Shown piece by piece: positions 9,559-17,532 of a stretch of DNA of 64,000 bases (position 1 is the stretch's first letter; every line of letters begins with the position of its first letter). The notes under the pieces are model-generated. The model had not been told where the DNA came from. It was given only the letters and a program-made list of their open reading frames with translations, and searched no databases. Origin of the DNA: Klebsiella phage NU-KP11. The stretch lies in sequence record OR644643.1, one strand, 5' to 3'. The translations under genes were made by a program, and so were the position numbers.

Positions 9559-9803
9559 GATATAACCTCATAACGATCAAAGAAAAGGGTACTTTTGAAT
9601 GCATTCAATTCACCCAGGAAATAATCACGCTCAAATGTCCGATAATATTCAAATTCGATGCACAACATATCATCATTTGTTACACCAATGCCAACGACAT
9701 CTTGATGATATTTCTTTGCCTGTTGAAGCACGAACGGATCGAGATCCGAACAATCGAAATAAACTACGTAACTCATATCAACCCTTATACATATAAACAG
9801 CAT
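9555..9803 (-). CDS. Hypothetical protein
   Basis: 82-aa ORF. An alternative start at MSYVVYF (9776) has an AAGGG SD. Confidence 0.4.
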   Translation of the reverse strand: MLFICIRVDMSYVVYFDCSDLDPFVLQQAKKYHQDVVGIGVTNDDMLCIEFEYYRTFERDYFLGELNAFKSTLFFDRYEVIS

Positions 9804-10041
9804 CTACCCCAGCATCAAAATCGACTTTATCAAAGACAACGCCGTTTGATGCACATTCCTTAACATAGGATTCAATAACAACCATGTTATTTGCGCCGAT
9901 GGTAACATAATACACACCTGCTTTATAGATAACACTCTGAATCAGCGTTGAACGTAGTGCATGTTGCGCATACAGTAACGCTAATGGATTAATCGCGCCT
10001 TTGAACAGGAACACGCATTCTACTCTTTCTTTTTCACTCAT
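9778..10041 (-). CDS. Hypothetical protein
   Basis: 87-aa ORF with overlap coupling. Confidence 0.4.
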   Translation of the reverse strand: MSEKERVECVFLFKGAINPLALLYAQHALRSTLIQSVIYKAGVYYVTIGANNMVVIESYVKECASNGVVFDKVDFDAGVDAVYMYKG

Positions 10042-10478
10042 AACAGATCTCTCAATCGGGTTAAGTTGCGTACAAACTCTCTTTCAGTCAGTACAGTTTC
10101 ATTTATTTTATTCTTTCCCATTGAATGTGTCAAGGTACTTTTTCCGGTTGCTGCCAGCGCACGGCGAAACCCTTCATTAAGGAATAACGCATTATATGCG
10201 TTTTCAATCAGGATTTGATACGCCTCAGAGGAACGATGAATAGGGATACCTTTCCAGTATAGGGTCTGGTTAGTCCACCATTTTTTCTTTTTGCCTTTGA
10301 ACTTTGCAGCCTTACCTACCAGAGTACATACATGGGCTTGCATATCGGGATTACTGAATTTAAGGCTTTGTAAAAAGCCCTCCATTGATGCACATTCTAC
10401 CCCGTCAAACGTGAATGGATGAGGGGCGAAGTTGCTCAACGCGCATGATGGGTATTGGCTACCCGAACCAATGTCCAT
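10038..10478 (-). CDS. NADAR/YbiA-like domain protein
   Basis: SNFAPHPFTFDGVECASMEGFLQSLKF aligns with E. coli YbiA SNFAAWPIKVDGKTWPTSEHYFQAQKF. The length (146 aa) is typical for the family. Confidence 0.65.
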   Translation of the reverse strand: MDIGSGSQYPSCALSNFAPHPFTFDGVECASMEGFLQSLKFSNPDMQAHVCTLVGKAAKFKGKKKKWWTNQTLYWKGIPIHRSSEAYQILIENAYNALFLNEGFRRALAATGKSTLTHSMGKNKINETVLTEREFVRNLTRLRDLL

Positions 10479-10936
10479 AATGAACCCCCGCCGAAAAGAT
10501 TAAATCATACAAACCGCGACCGATGATAACACCAACAATAATTGATATCCACGTTTTCCAATTATCCACGATCTTCACCTTCTTTCTTCCCTTCCTGGCG
10601 AGCGCGTTTGCGTCCCGCTCGTACTAAAGAATCATAGTAAGGACGTTTGCGGTCGATGTTTTCTGTACGATACGCTTTACCAAAATGACTCGTTTTGAAT
10701 CCGTAGTATTTCATGATGCGGCCCAGTATCCCAACATAAAAGATACTATGACAAGAATCACGTTATTTGTTTCGATATCAATCACACTTCCACCTCATGG
10801 GGGTTATTGTGCAAACCACGGGCCGGATCATAACGATCATAAGTTGTTTCGTACTCTGATTTAATGGATACATCACAGCGAGTGTTCCATTGTTCCAGAG
10901 CGCTTTTAATTTCTTTCACTGAGTCGGTGAAAAATT

Positions 10937-11176
10937 TTACAATACTCGCCATACACTACCACCTTCATAAAATGCATTTAGTTTATGTAACATTTCTACA
11001 CGGGCTGATTCTTTTGCGGGGCTGCAAGATAATGTCAGAACCAACCCAACAGGACAATCAAAAGCAGTATCAATCGTTACTCTTTCCAGACGTTGCCCGT
11101 GATCACGAATCATCTTCAAAAAGGTATCAGATAACTCGGTATTTTCATATTCCACTTTATATATGAATCGTGCCAT
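10937..11176 (-). CDS. Hypothetical protein
   Basis: The start is moved to MARFIYKV, which has an AAGGGG SD. Confidence 0.4.
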   Translation of the reverse strand: MARFIYKVEYENTELSDTFLKMIRDHGQRLERVTIDTAFDCPVGLVLTLSCSPAKESARVEMLHKLNAFYEGGSVWRVL

Positions 11177-11178
11177 AG

Positions 11179-11472
11179 TTAACCCCTTGCACATGAAAGA
11201 TAAGAACGCTTCTTGAACACTTTAACTTCGTGGCCCCTACCGCTTGCAGCAGTGTTAAGAGTTTCGGCGTGACGCGCACCAAGTACCAGAGTTTTAACCG
11301 GAGTAACCGGAGCAGCGATAACGATAACAGCGGCCCAACGAGCACCAACAGCTTTATCAGTACCCATATCGATAGCAGCAGAAGTATTTTTACCAGCCGC
11401 CAGAACGTAAGCACGTGCTTCACGACGAGTTTTGAAGAAAACCAGTTCATTCATGTTGTAAGAGCGTTTCAT
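11179..11472 (-). CDS. Hypothetical Ala-rich protein
   Basis: Preceded on the minus strand by a consensus TTGACT-17-TATAGT promoter and a GAGGA SD. It overlaps spurious ORFs in the other frames. Confidence 0.5.
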   Translation of the reverse strand: MKRSYNMNELVFFKTRREARAYVLAAGKNTSAAIDMGTDKAVGARWAAVIVIAAPVTPVKTLVLGARHAETLNTAASGRGHEVKVFKKRSYLSCARG

Positions 11473-11513
11473 AATGTCATCCTCATAAAAGTGTTTTCTT
11501 GTCTACGGGATTA

Positions 11514-11592
11514 ACTATAATGAAATGTGCGAAGGGAGTCAACAACTTTTTATGTAAAAAACGAAAAAAGCCGCTACCTTTCGGCAACGGCT
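11514..11592 (-). promoter_or_regulatory. Terminator hairpin plus U-run, followed by a consensus TTGACT-17-TATAGT promoter (minus strand)
   Basis: Minus strand reads AGCCGTTGCCGAAAGGTAGCGGCTTTTTTCGTTTTTT ... TTGACTcccttcgcacatttcatTATAGT. Confidence 0.5.
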
Positions 11593-11598
11593 TGATTT

Positions 11599-11868
11599 TT
11601 AATATTTTTCGTCAGGCTGAAACACCGCACGACACGCCCACATAGAGGCTTCTTTCAGTCGGTCTTTCGCTAGTTGAATTTGATGGATACGTTCAAGCAC
11701 CTCATCTAATTCTTCCTCTATCAGTGAATCAATATCTGAATTTGATAGTCGCTGTTCGATATCTTCCAGGATTGCACCTAATGCATTTTCAGCATCTTTG
11801 ATACGGTTTACTGTTTCTACTTTTTTATCAGTATGGGGTTTATAACCCGTAATATCAGAAATTGCCAT
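11599..11868 (-). CDS. Hypothetical acidic coiled-coil protein
   Basis: 89-aa ORF followed on the minus strand by a hairpin plus T-run terminator. Confidence 0.45.
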   Translation of the reverse strand: MAISDITGYKPHTDKKVETVNRIKDAENALGAILEDIEQRLSNSDIDSLIEEELDEVLERIHQIQLAKDRLKEASMWACRAVFQPDEKY

Positions 11869-12230
11869 TATAGACTCTCTGTAAAAGTACGGGCAATAAC
11901 ATCGCGTTGCTGTTCCGGCGTCAGGGAGTTAAAACGCACTGCATAACCAGATACACGGATCGTCAACTGCGGATATTTTTCAGGATGTTCAACCGCATCC
12001 AGGAGAGTTTCGCGGCGCAACACGTTAACGTTTAGATGTTGTCCACCTTCCACTTTAACAGTTGGCTGATATTCGATCTCGATCTCTCGCTTTGCAAACG
12101 GAGTAACGCGAGCTTTACCGATTACAGAATCCATAGTTAATGTTTTTGATACTACGATCCGAACGTCGTTACCTTCTTCCAGATAGATTGTGCCCGTATG
12201 CAAACCTTCTAAAATTTGAAATGCTTTCAT
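11868..12230 (-). CDS. grcA: Autonomous glycyl-radical cofactor, GrcA/YfiD-like (the T4 Y06I analog)
   Basis: The C-terminal 58 aa ([59 protein letters not shown]) is nearly identical to E. coli GrcA, including the radical glycine motif RVSGY. Confidence 0.85.
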   Translation of the reverse strand: MKAFQILEGLHTGTIYLEEGNDVRIVVSKTLTMDSVIGKARVTPFAKREIEIEYQPTVKVEGGQHLNVNVLRRETLLDAVEHPEKYPQLTIRVSGYAVRFNSLTPEQQRDVIARTFTESL

Positions 12231-12240
12231 TGTATTACCT

Positions 12241-12813
12241 TTACTTGATTACATAATACCTGAATGGATTGAAATGAAACGCCAGCATTGCGCGATCCAG
12301 GTTAACAGGGTCGCTAACTTCTTGTTTCAGCTTCCATCCAGCATAAACGCGCAAACAGAATTGCACCTTGTGGATCCGTAGCCACGGTTTATAGACATAC
12401 AACCCCCATGCTGATTCATTCCACATGAGCAGATATCCATGATTTACGGGGTTTGGCCCACCTTCTGTTTTTGGGTTGCCTTTCCAGTTGAATTTGCTTG
12501 TCGCTTCACGTCCTAAAACGTGATATGCGAAGTTATAAGCCTTGTTTCTCCACAACCAGCCAACACGCTGCATGTATACCCCAAAATCCCCCAGATGATA
12601 GCGTATAGACGCCCAACGGCGGATATGTCCACCATCACCATCAATAGGGTTATCGAAGGTTTCCATCCACCGGAAGCCTTTAGGAAGATGCCCTGTTTTC
12701 TCGTTGTAGAACGGTACAACAAACGGGGCAAACAGAATTGCTAATACTCCAGTAATAATGTCAAGAGGGACGAGTACGATCCAACTTGCATACTTTAAAA
12801 AGCGCATAGACAC
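12241..12813 (-). CDS. Hypothetical membrane protein
   Basis: 190 aa with an N-terminal hydrophobic segment ([25 protein letters not shown]). Confidence 0.45.
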   Translation of the reverse strand: MSMRFLKYASWIVLVPLDIITGVLAILFAPFVVPFYNEKTGHLPKGFRWMETFDNPIDGDGGHIRRWASIRYHLGDFGVYMQRVGWLWRNKAYNFAYHVLGREATSKFNWKGNPKTEGGPNPVNHGYLLMWNESAWGLYVYKPWLRIHKVQFCLRVYAGWKLKQEVSDPVNLDRAMLAFHFNPFRYYVIK

Positions 12814-12848
12814 CCCAAAAATAAGGCTATCCGAAGATAGCCATTTGA

Positions 12849-13271
12849 TTATTTGTTTGTGTTGATGTATACAAATGATTCATCAAATTCACTGCTAACC
12901 GCTTCATTTGTAAACGGAATTTCAGGATTTTTGAAACCACCACTGATAAGATACTGGATAAAGAATACCGAAGTATCAAGAGAAATCAATTGGTGATTGC
13001 TCGGAGATATATTTGTTCTACGAACGAGATTGACAATCTCCCAATCAAAGAATCGTTCGCTATACTCTTTCTTGCTATTTACTTGCGGCGATGCAAAGAA
13101 CCCTTGTTTGGAATATGCCTCAAGCGCTTTATGAAGTTCAGAATCAAAATCATCGAACTCTTTTACAAAAAGTTCCATCAATTTTTTATTGCGATTCGTT
13201 GGGTTGCTATTTTCTCCGATGATTTTTCTAATTGCCGGAGACATTTCAAACAGTTTTTGTAAATTTTTCAT
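12849..13271 (-). CDS. Hypothetical protein
   Basis: 140-aa ORF. Confidence 0.4.
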   Translation of the reverse strand: MKNLQKLFEMSPAIRKIIGENSNPTNRNKKLMELFVKEFDDFDSELHKALEAYSKQGFFASPQVNSKKEYSERFFDWEIVNLVRRTNISPSNHQLISLDTSVFFIQYLISGGFKNPEIPFTNEAVSSEFDESFVYINTNK

Positions 13272-13280
13272 GATATCTCT

Positions 13281-13562
13281 TTAAATTTCGTATGCGGAAT
13301 CAATACAAGATTCGTAAAGCTGTTCTGGCGAATTCTCAATGAGAGGTGTTGTTTTACCGAAAATATCCTGATCGTAAGGATCGTCATCTACATAACATTC
13401 ACTGAATTTGAAGTTTTTTCGATAATCCCCATCGGGTAATCCATTTTTCCATTCATTAAATGTCATACCATAGCGTTCTTTGAATTTTGCAGGAGACATA
13501 TCAACAAAAATCTGCGTATGTTCGACCGCATTATGGTATTTCACAGTTTCACGAAATTTCAT
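13281..13562 (-). CDS. Hypothetical protein
   Basis: 93-aa ORF. Confidence 0.4.
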   Translation of the reverse strand: MKFRETVKYHNAVEHTQIFVDMSPAKFKERYGMTFNEWKNGLPDGDYRKNFKFSECYVDDDPYDQDIFGKTTPLIENSPEQLYESCIDSAYEI

Positions 13563-13709
13563 ATAAACCTCATTAAATTAGTGGGCTGGAAGTTTCTTTA
13601 CTTCACCCCGCATTCCGGGGAACCTATTACCGGATACCAACAGAGCCTTTCCCGTGGATAAGGTTGCATATTCCGAACCATTTAACGGCATTGCGCTCGC
13701 ACCCAAATT

Positions 13710-13786
13710 TGGTGGCAAGGGTAGGATTTGCACCTACAACCAACAGAATCAGATTCTGTTCCTCCCGCTTCTCTAAGTGCCTTGCC
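13710..13786 (-). tRNA. Putative tRNA, anticodon CUG (Gln-like) by hand folding
   Basis: The reverse complement folds with a perfect 7-bp acceptor stem (GGCAAGG/CCTTGCC) and a T arm GTAGG-TGCAAAT-CCTAC. The anticodon arm is ACAGA-ATCTGAT-TCTGT and a 3' CCA is encoded. The D arm is weak (3 bp). Confidence 0.5.
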
Positions 13787-13791
13787 TTGTT

Positions 13792-13868
13792 TGGTGGCCC
13801 CTCCCGTGACTTGAACCGGGAACCTAACCATTATGAGTGATTAGCTCTACCTATTGAGCTAAGGGGCC
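13792..13868 (-). tRNA. Putative tRNA, anticodon CAU (Met or Ile2 type)
   Basis: The reverse complement is GGCCCCT-TA-GCTC-AATAGGTA-GAGC-T-AATCA-CTCATAA-TGGTT, followed by a T arm CCCGG-TTCAAGT-C(A)CGGG, then AGGGGCC-ACCA. The D and anticodon arms are canonical. The T stem carries a one-base bulge. A 5-nt spacer separates it from the neighbouring tRNA. Confidence 0.55.
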
Positions 13869-13875
13869 GATATTT

Positions 13876-14127
13876 TTAGAACTGTTTGCGGTAGATTTCG
13901 CGAACAGCCGGATCAACAGCTTTGGCGTATTTGCATACATCCTCGAACTGTACGATGTATTCCATTACTTCCGAAGCACGGGAATTCAGTTTTCCCTGGT
14001 GAGCATCAATGATCATTGAAGTCATTACATCGATGCGGGTCGGTGCTTCGAGGATGTCGCCTTTGTCGAAAAGTTTTTTGGATTTTGCGACGGTATCGGC
14101 GATGATTGCTTGAATTTGTTTAGCCAT
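13876..14127 (-). CDS. Hypothetical protein
   Basis: 83-aa ORF upstream of gene 31. Confidence 0.4.
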   Translation of the reverse strand: MAKQIQAIIADTVAKSKKLFDKGDILEAPTRIDVMTSMIIDAHQGKLNSRASEVMEYIVQFEDVCKYAKAVDPAVREIYRKQF

Positions 14128-14137
14128 GTTGGATCTC

Positions 14138-14491
14138 TTATTCGTAAATTGCTTGAATCGCTTTATAGTGTGCGGTTACATATTTAACCGGATACTTGCG
14201 AGCTTCTTCTTTTGTTGCCTTTCCTGCAATCAGTTCAGGATCCGGCACGTTTGCCATTTGTGCATGAGGAAGCGGTACACGCTTACCCATAAGCAGGGTT
14301 TTATATTCTTCCGGTACATCCGGCCCACATGATAACACTGTGCCGTAGATCGGTTCCTCGCCGTGTTGACGAACACCAGTCACAATACCAGAAGGTGATA
14401 CAATTTCAGTTCCAGCCGCTTTAGCGTTGGTTTCAATCAGAACATATTCAAAGGATGCTTTTACACTCAGTTCAGACATACATTTACTCAT
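14138..14491 (-). CDS. 31: Co-chaperonin gp31 (GroES analog)
   Basis: VSPSGIVTGVRQHGEEPIYGTVLSCGPDVPEE and the C-terminal VTAHYKAIQAIYE align with T4 gp31 ([31 protein letters not shown] and VTCHYKAIPCLYK). Confidence 0.85.
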   Translation of the reverse strand: MSKCMSELSVKASFEYVLIETNAKAAGTEIVSPSGIVTGVRQHGEEPIYGTVLSCGPDVPEEYKTLLMGKRVPLPHAQMANVPDPELIAGKATKEEARKYPVKYVTAHYKAIQAIYE

Positions 14492-14494
14492 TGG

Positions 14495-15001
14495 TTATTT
14501 GATCCGGAAATGTTTATTCATTTCTTCGGGGTCAAGTTGTACTACTTCGGCACCGTATTGCTGTAGACGCCATATCCACTCGATGCCACCACGATCGTAT
14601 TTATGTAGATATACTACACGCTTAATCATACCTGTTGCAACACAAAATTCGATATTTTTCGCACATTGTGAGCAAGGGGAATGAGTTGTATACAAAGTTG
14701 CGTCTTTGATTTGTTCATGAGACGCCGCCAGCATAATAACGCGCATTTCTGCGTGTACTTCGTTGCGATCTGACCATTGTGAATGTTCAGGGCGCTTTTC
14801 TTCACTCAGTTTCCCATTATCATCTAATAAGTGATTGCACTGATCTGTACAACGATGACTAGGATCAACCGTATTATTTGCGCCTACAAACACACGCCCG
14901 TTACCATTTCTCAATGCAGCACCAACATTAACAGAGACACATTGAGAGAACTTAGAAGCACTTATTGCTCTAAGCATAAACATAATATCATCAATCTTCA
15001 T
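14495..15001 (-). CDS. cd: dCMP deaminase
   Basis: Has the HAEMRV and SPCSQCAK zinc-binding motifs of cytidine/dCMP deaminases. The start is placed at MKIDDIM (ATG at 15001), which begins just upstream of the preceding gene's TGA stop. The longer ORF-track N-terminus has no homology. Confidence 0.8.
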   Translation of the reverse strand: MKIDDIMFMLRAISASKFSQCVSVNVGAALRNGNGRVFVGANNTVDPSHRCTDQCNHLLDDNGKLSEEKRPEHSQWSDRNEVHAEMRVIMLAASHEQIKDATLYTTHSPCSQCAKNIEFCVATGMIKRVVYLHKYDRGGIEWIWRLQQYGAEVVQLDPEEMNKHFRIK

Positions 15002-15275
15002 GATACACCACGTGATAAAGAACTTTCCAGTAAACTTGAATCTTTCCATCATCTAACACTCGATGATGTGCAGAAACAGAACTGATTACTACTTTTTCTG
15101 GACTCGGTCGAAAACAACTTGTGAATTTTCGAACAAGACAAGCAATGAAAGTATTTGGGTTGTCGATTTCGTCAATGATAGTATTAACAGTTACTTCACC
15201 GAAATGACAAGGGATATCATATGCTTTTAATGCTTCCAGGAGCGCCATACTCATAGAGCCAGGATGATCAAGCAT
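14991..15275 (-). CDS. Hypothetical protein
   Basis: 94-aa ORF. Confidence 0.4.
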   Translation of the reverse strand: MLDHPGSMSMALLEALKAYDIPCHFGEVTVNTIIDEIDNPNTFIACLVRKFTSCFRPSPEKVVISSVSAHHRVLDDGKIQVYWKVLYHVVYHED

Positions 15276-15534
15276 CTTTCATCACCTTTAGTAGCTGTTT
15301 GATAAAATCAGGAGTCGCTTCAACGATATATTCTGAACCGTTGATTGTAGTAACGCGAACTTCTGTCTGATTTTTGTTGATATCATATTCTGCAATCGGA
15401 CTTGTTACTACATCAATATCAGTTCCTTTGATGTATCCGAAAACACCGCCATAATAACGAGGATCCGGGTATACAGATTCGTCCGTAATTACCGCTCTAT
15501 CAATAATTTTTACGTTCATAATACAGCCGCCCAT
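15268..15534 (-). CDS. Hypothetical protein
   Basis: 88-aa ORF. Confidence 0.4.
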   Translation of the reverse strand: MGGCIMNVKIIDRAVITDESVYPDPRYYGGVFGYIKGTDIDVVTSPIAEYDINKNQTEVRVTTINGSEYIVEATPDFIKQLLKVMKDA

Positions 15535-15803
15535 GTAACGTAGCCAGTAATAGGATTTAACACCAGCCCGAAAGATTGGGTGCTGTTAGTATCCACGTCA
15601 TGAATATACACAATATAGGAGTACTGAGAAACCGGAGTGGCGCTAACTTCAAACCCGCCCGGAGCTTTACCCTGTTCCTGAATTTTGTTAGCAATTTTTT
15701 GGCACAACAAACGAACTTTTTGGTTAAAATCGCCCAGATTTTCTACGCGAATGCGATCGCCAAGTTCAACCATGATGTGTTTATCTTCACGAATAACGTT
15801 CAT
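15516..15803 (-). CDS. Hypothetical protein
   Basis: 95-aa ORF. Confidence 0.4.
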   Translation of the reverse strand: MNVIREDKHIMVELGDRIRVENLGDFNQKVRLLCQKIANKIQEQGKAPGGFEVSATPVSQYSYIVYIHDVDTNSTQSFGLVLNPITGYVTWAAVL

Positions 15804-15855
15804 AATATAATCCTCTTTTGTGTGGGTACTTTAACATACCCACATTATATGTCAA

Positions 15856-16740
15856 TCAGAAATCACCATAATCGACTTGTAAGCACGGAATCCCGTTTGC
15901 TCGCCACATTCCGACCGGAGTGTCTCTATCGTCCACTGCAATAACAGGATAATACTTATCTAAAATCTTGTCAAACAAAATTTCTTCTTTTACTTCAAAA
16001 TCTGTCCTGGTATCACCTTCTTGACGCATAAAAATTTCATCCGGTTCAACGCCATAACTCAACAGGCTAACCCATGTATCATGTGCGCATTGCGGATTAC
16101 CTTCACGCCCAGACACAACAACACATTTATACCCTGCATTTTTGTACAGGTGAAACAGTTGCTGGATCGGGATGTTTGGCGGATCATTGATCACTTTGGT
16201 AAAGTCATACGGGCTACGTTGTCCCACTTTGGTTAGAGTACCATCGACATCAAAGATCACACACTTCTGATTGTGGGGATTAACAATTTCCATTGCTGGT
16301 ACGAACCCACGGATCTTACGATACTGGTTAAACATTTCCCAAAGACGAGAAACGGGTAATGCATCACGACCGCGTTTGTGGTTACGGCGAAGCAGTTCAA
16401 CAATAGACACATCAAAATATTCAATATGAAAATCAGCTTTGTGTTCCAACGCAATTTCACGCCAGTGATTTTTATCACTTTCTTTCAGATGTGTGTTGTG
16501 TATGATCACGTTTTTACCATCTTTCAGAGTGGAGATAACAACGTGATCCTGCATTTCTGCAATCATGTCTTCTTTCGCTTTGGTGTATTTGTATCCGCCA
16601 GCACCTTTACCCGCATTATACAAAGAGCTACGCAGATCATCGCGAGAGATCGTAACAGTATTACCCAATTCACGGGCTTTCTCATGCGCCCAGGTAGTTT
16701 TTCCACTACCCGGAACGCCAATAGTCATAAACAGATTCAT
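15856..16740 (-). CDS. pseT: Polynucleotide 5'-kinase/3'-phosphatase
   Basis: Walker A TIGVPGSGKTTWA and the phosphatase VIFDVDGTL motif are present. It is collinear with T4 PseT (IGCPGSGKSTWA ... AVIFDVDGTL). Confidence 0.88.
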   Translation of the reverse strand: MNLFMTIGVPGSGKTTWAHEKARELGNTVTISRDDLRSSLYNAGKGAGGYKYTKAKEDMIAEMQDHVVISTLKDGKNVIIHNTHLKESDKNHWREIALEHKADFHIEYFDVSIVELLRRNHKRGRDALPVSRLWEMFNQYRKIRGFVPAMEIVNPHNQKCVIFDVDGTLTKVGQRSPYDFTKVINDPPNIPIQQLFHLYKNAGYKCVVVSGREGNPQCAHDTWVSLLSYGVEPDEIFMRQEGDTRTDFEVKEEILFDKILDKYYPVIAVDDRDTPVGMWRANGIPCLQVDYGDF

Positions 16741-16910
16741 TTCACTATCTCATATTCAATTAGTTCTTTGTTATACTCATTCGTCAGATTGAGCCATATA
16801 TCACGATTCCAATCGTTTTCTATCCATAGACCTTCTTTATCCTTTTTCGCAGTATAAACTTTTCCTTCTGTTATGTCACGAAAAAACGTTTTGGTTATTT
16901 TGATTTGCAT
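16737..16910 (-). CDS. Small protein, pseT.1-like position (57 aa)
   Basis: ATG at 16910. The stop makes an ATGA overlap with the pseT start. Translation is MQIKITKTFFRDITEGKVYTAKKDKEGLWIENDWNRDIWLNLTNEYNKELIEYEIVK. Below the ORF-track cutoff. Confidence 0.4.
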   Translation of the reverse strand: MQIKITKTFFRDITEGKVYTAKKDKEGLWIENDWNRDIWLNLTNEYNKELIEYEIVK

Positions 16911-17212
16911 TTCTCAGGGTATCCCAACGTACACAGAACATTATCGGTTTGATCCTTTTGTCTTTTAACGTCATTCATCCAGCTACGAAAAATCAATGAA
17001 TCTGGATATGATAATGCAACATAAGGATTTCCGTCATAGGGCATTACAAGGTATTTTTTACCGTCAATCTCTCGGACTTCTGCAACCACTTTCCATTTCA
17101 CATTCACCGGATTCACCTTAGCGGGGAGCGTAGGCAAAATCTTTTCTGGGGGCTTCTCAGCACACCCGACCAACAGAACTCCCAGAACAAGGGCTAACGT
17201 TGCAATTTTCAT
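16895..17212 (-). CDS. Outer-membrane lipoprotein, o-spanin-like (T4 pseT.2 analog)
   Basis: Signal peptide plus lipobox (LLVGC). It sits beside an inner-membrane partner next to pseT, as the T4 spanins do. Confidence 0.55.
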   Translation of the reverse strand: MKIATLALVLGVLLVGCAEKPPEKILPTLPAKVNPVNVKWKVVAEVREIDGKKYLVMPYDGNPYVALSYPDSLIFRSWMNDVKRQKDQTDNVLCTLGYPEKCKSK

Positions 17213-17532
17213 TTGTCGTATTCCGCCATATACTCTTCGAAGGACTTGTTGATCTTGATTTCGATCAGTCCTGGTTTTTTAAACAGCAGATCTTTACGTC
17301 CGGCATCCTTGACCAACTGCTGATCCTTACCTTTTTGTTCGACATAGATCACAGTATTGCTTGTATTTGTCTCTTTTACTTTCTTCACATCGTCTTGCAA
17401 AGATTTTATATCCTTGCGTAATGATGCATTTTCAATTTTGGTATCGACTGCAATGTAAAAAAGGGCTATCAAAGATAGCCCCACGATCACAGGCCATACC
17501 CAAGATGATATCTTAGGCATTATGAACCTCAT
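17209..17532 (-). CDS. i-spanin-like inner-membrane coiled-coil protein (T4 pseT.3 analog)
   Basis: N-terminal TM (WVWPVIVGLSLIALFYIAV) followed by a coiled-coil. Makes a 4-nt overlap with the o-spanin gene. Confidence 0.5.
   Translation of the reverse strand: MRFIMPKISSWVWPVIVGLSLIALFYIAVDTKIENASLRKDIKSLQDDVKKVKETNTSNTVIYVEQKGKDQQLVKDAGRKDLLFKKPGLIEIKINKSFEEYMAEYDK

Noticed and set aside
10782-10952. Small ORF MASIVKFF... with a good SD
   Set aside because: Careful re-reading shows an in-frame stop after about 38 codons. It is too short and too uncertain to call.
10864-11166. 100-aa plus-strand ORF. Also the alternative frames at 11157-11450 (-) and 11230-11514 (+).
   Set aside because: These are antisense or overlapping frames of the better-supported minus-strand genes. 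The 11179-11472 frame is the one with a consensus promoter and SD.
13563-13709. A possible third tRNA or stable RNA next to the tRNA pair
   Set aside because: I could not fold this segment into a cloverleaf with a proper acceptor and T arm. It is reported only as an observation, not as a feature.
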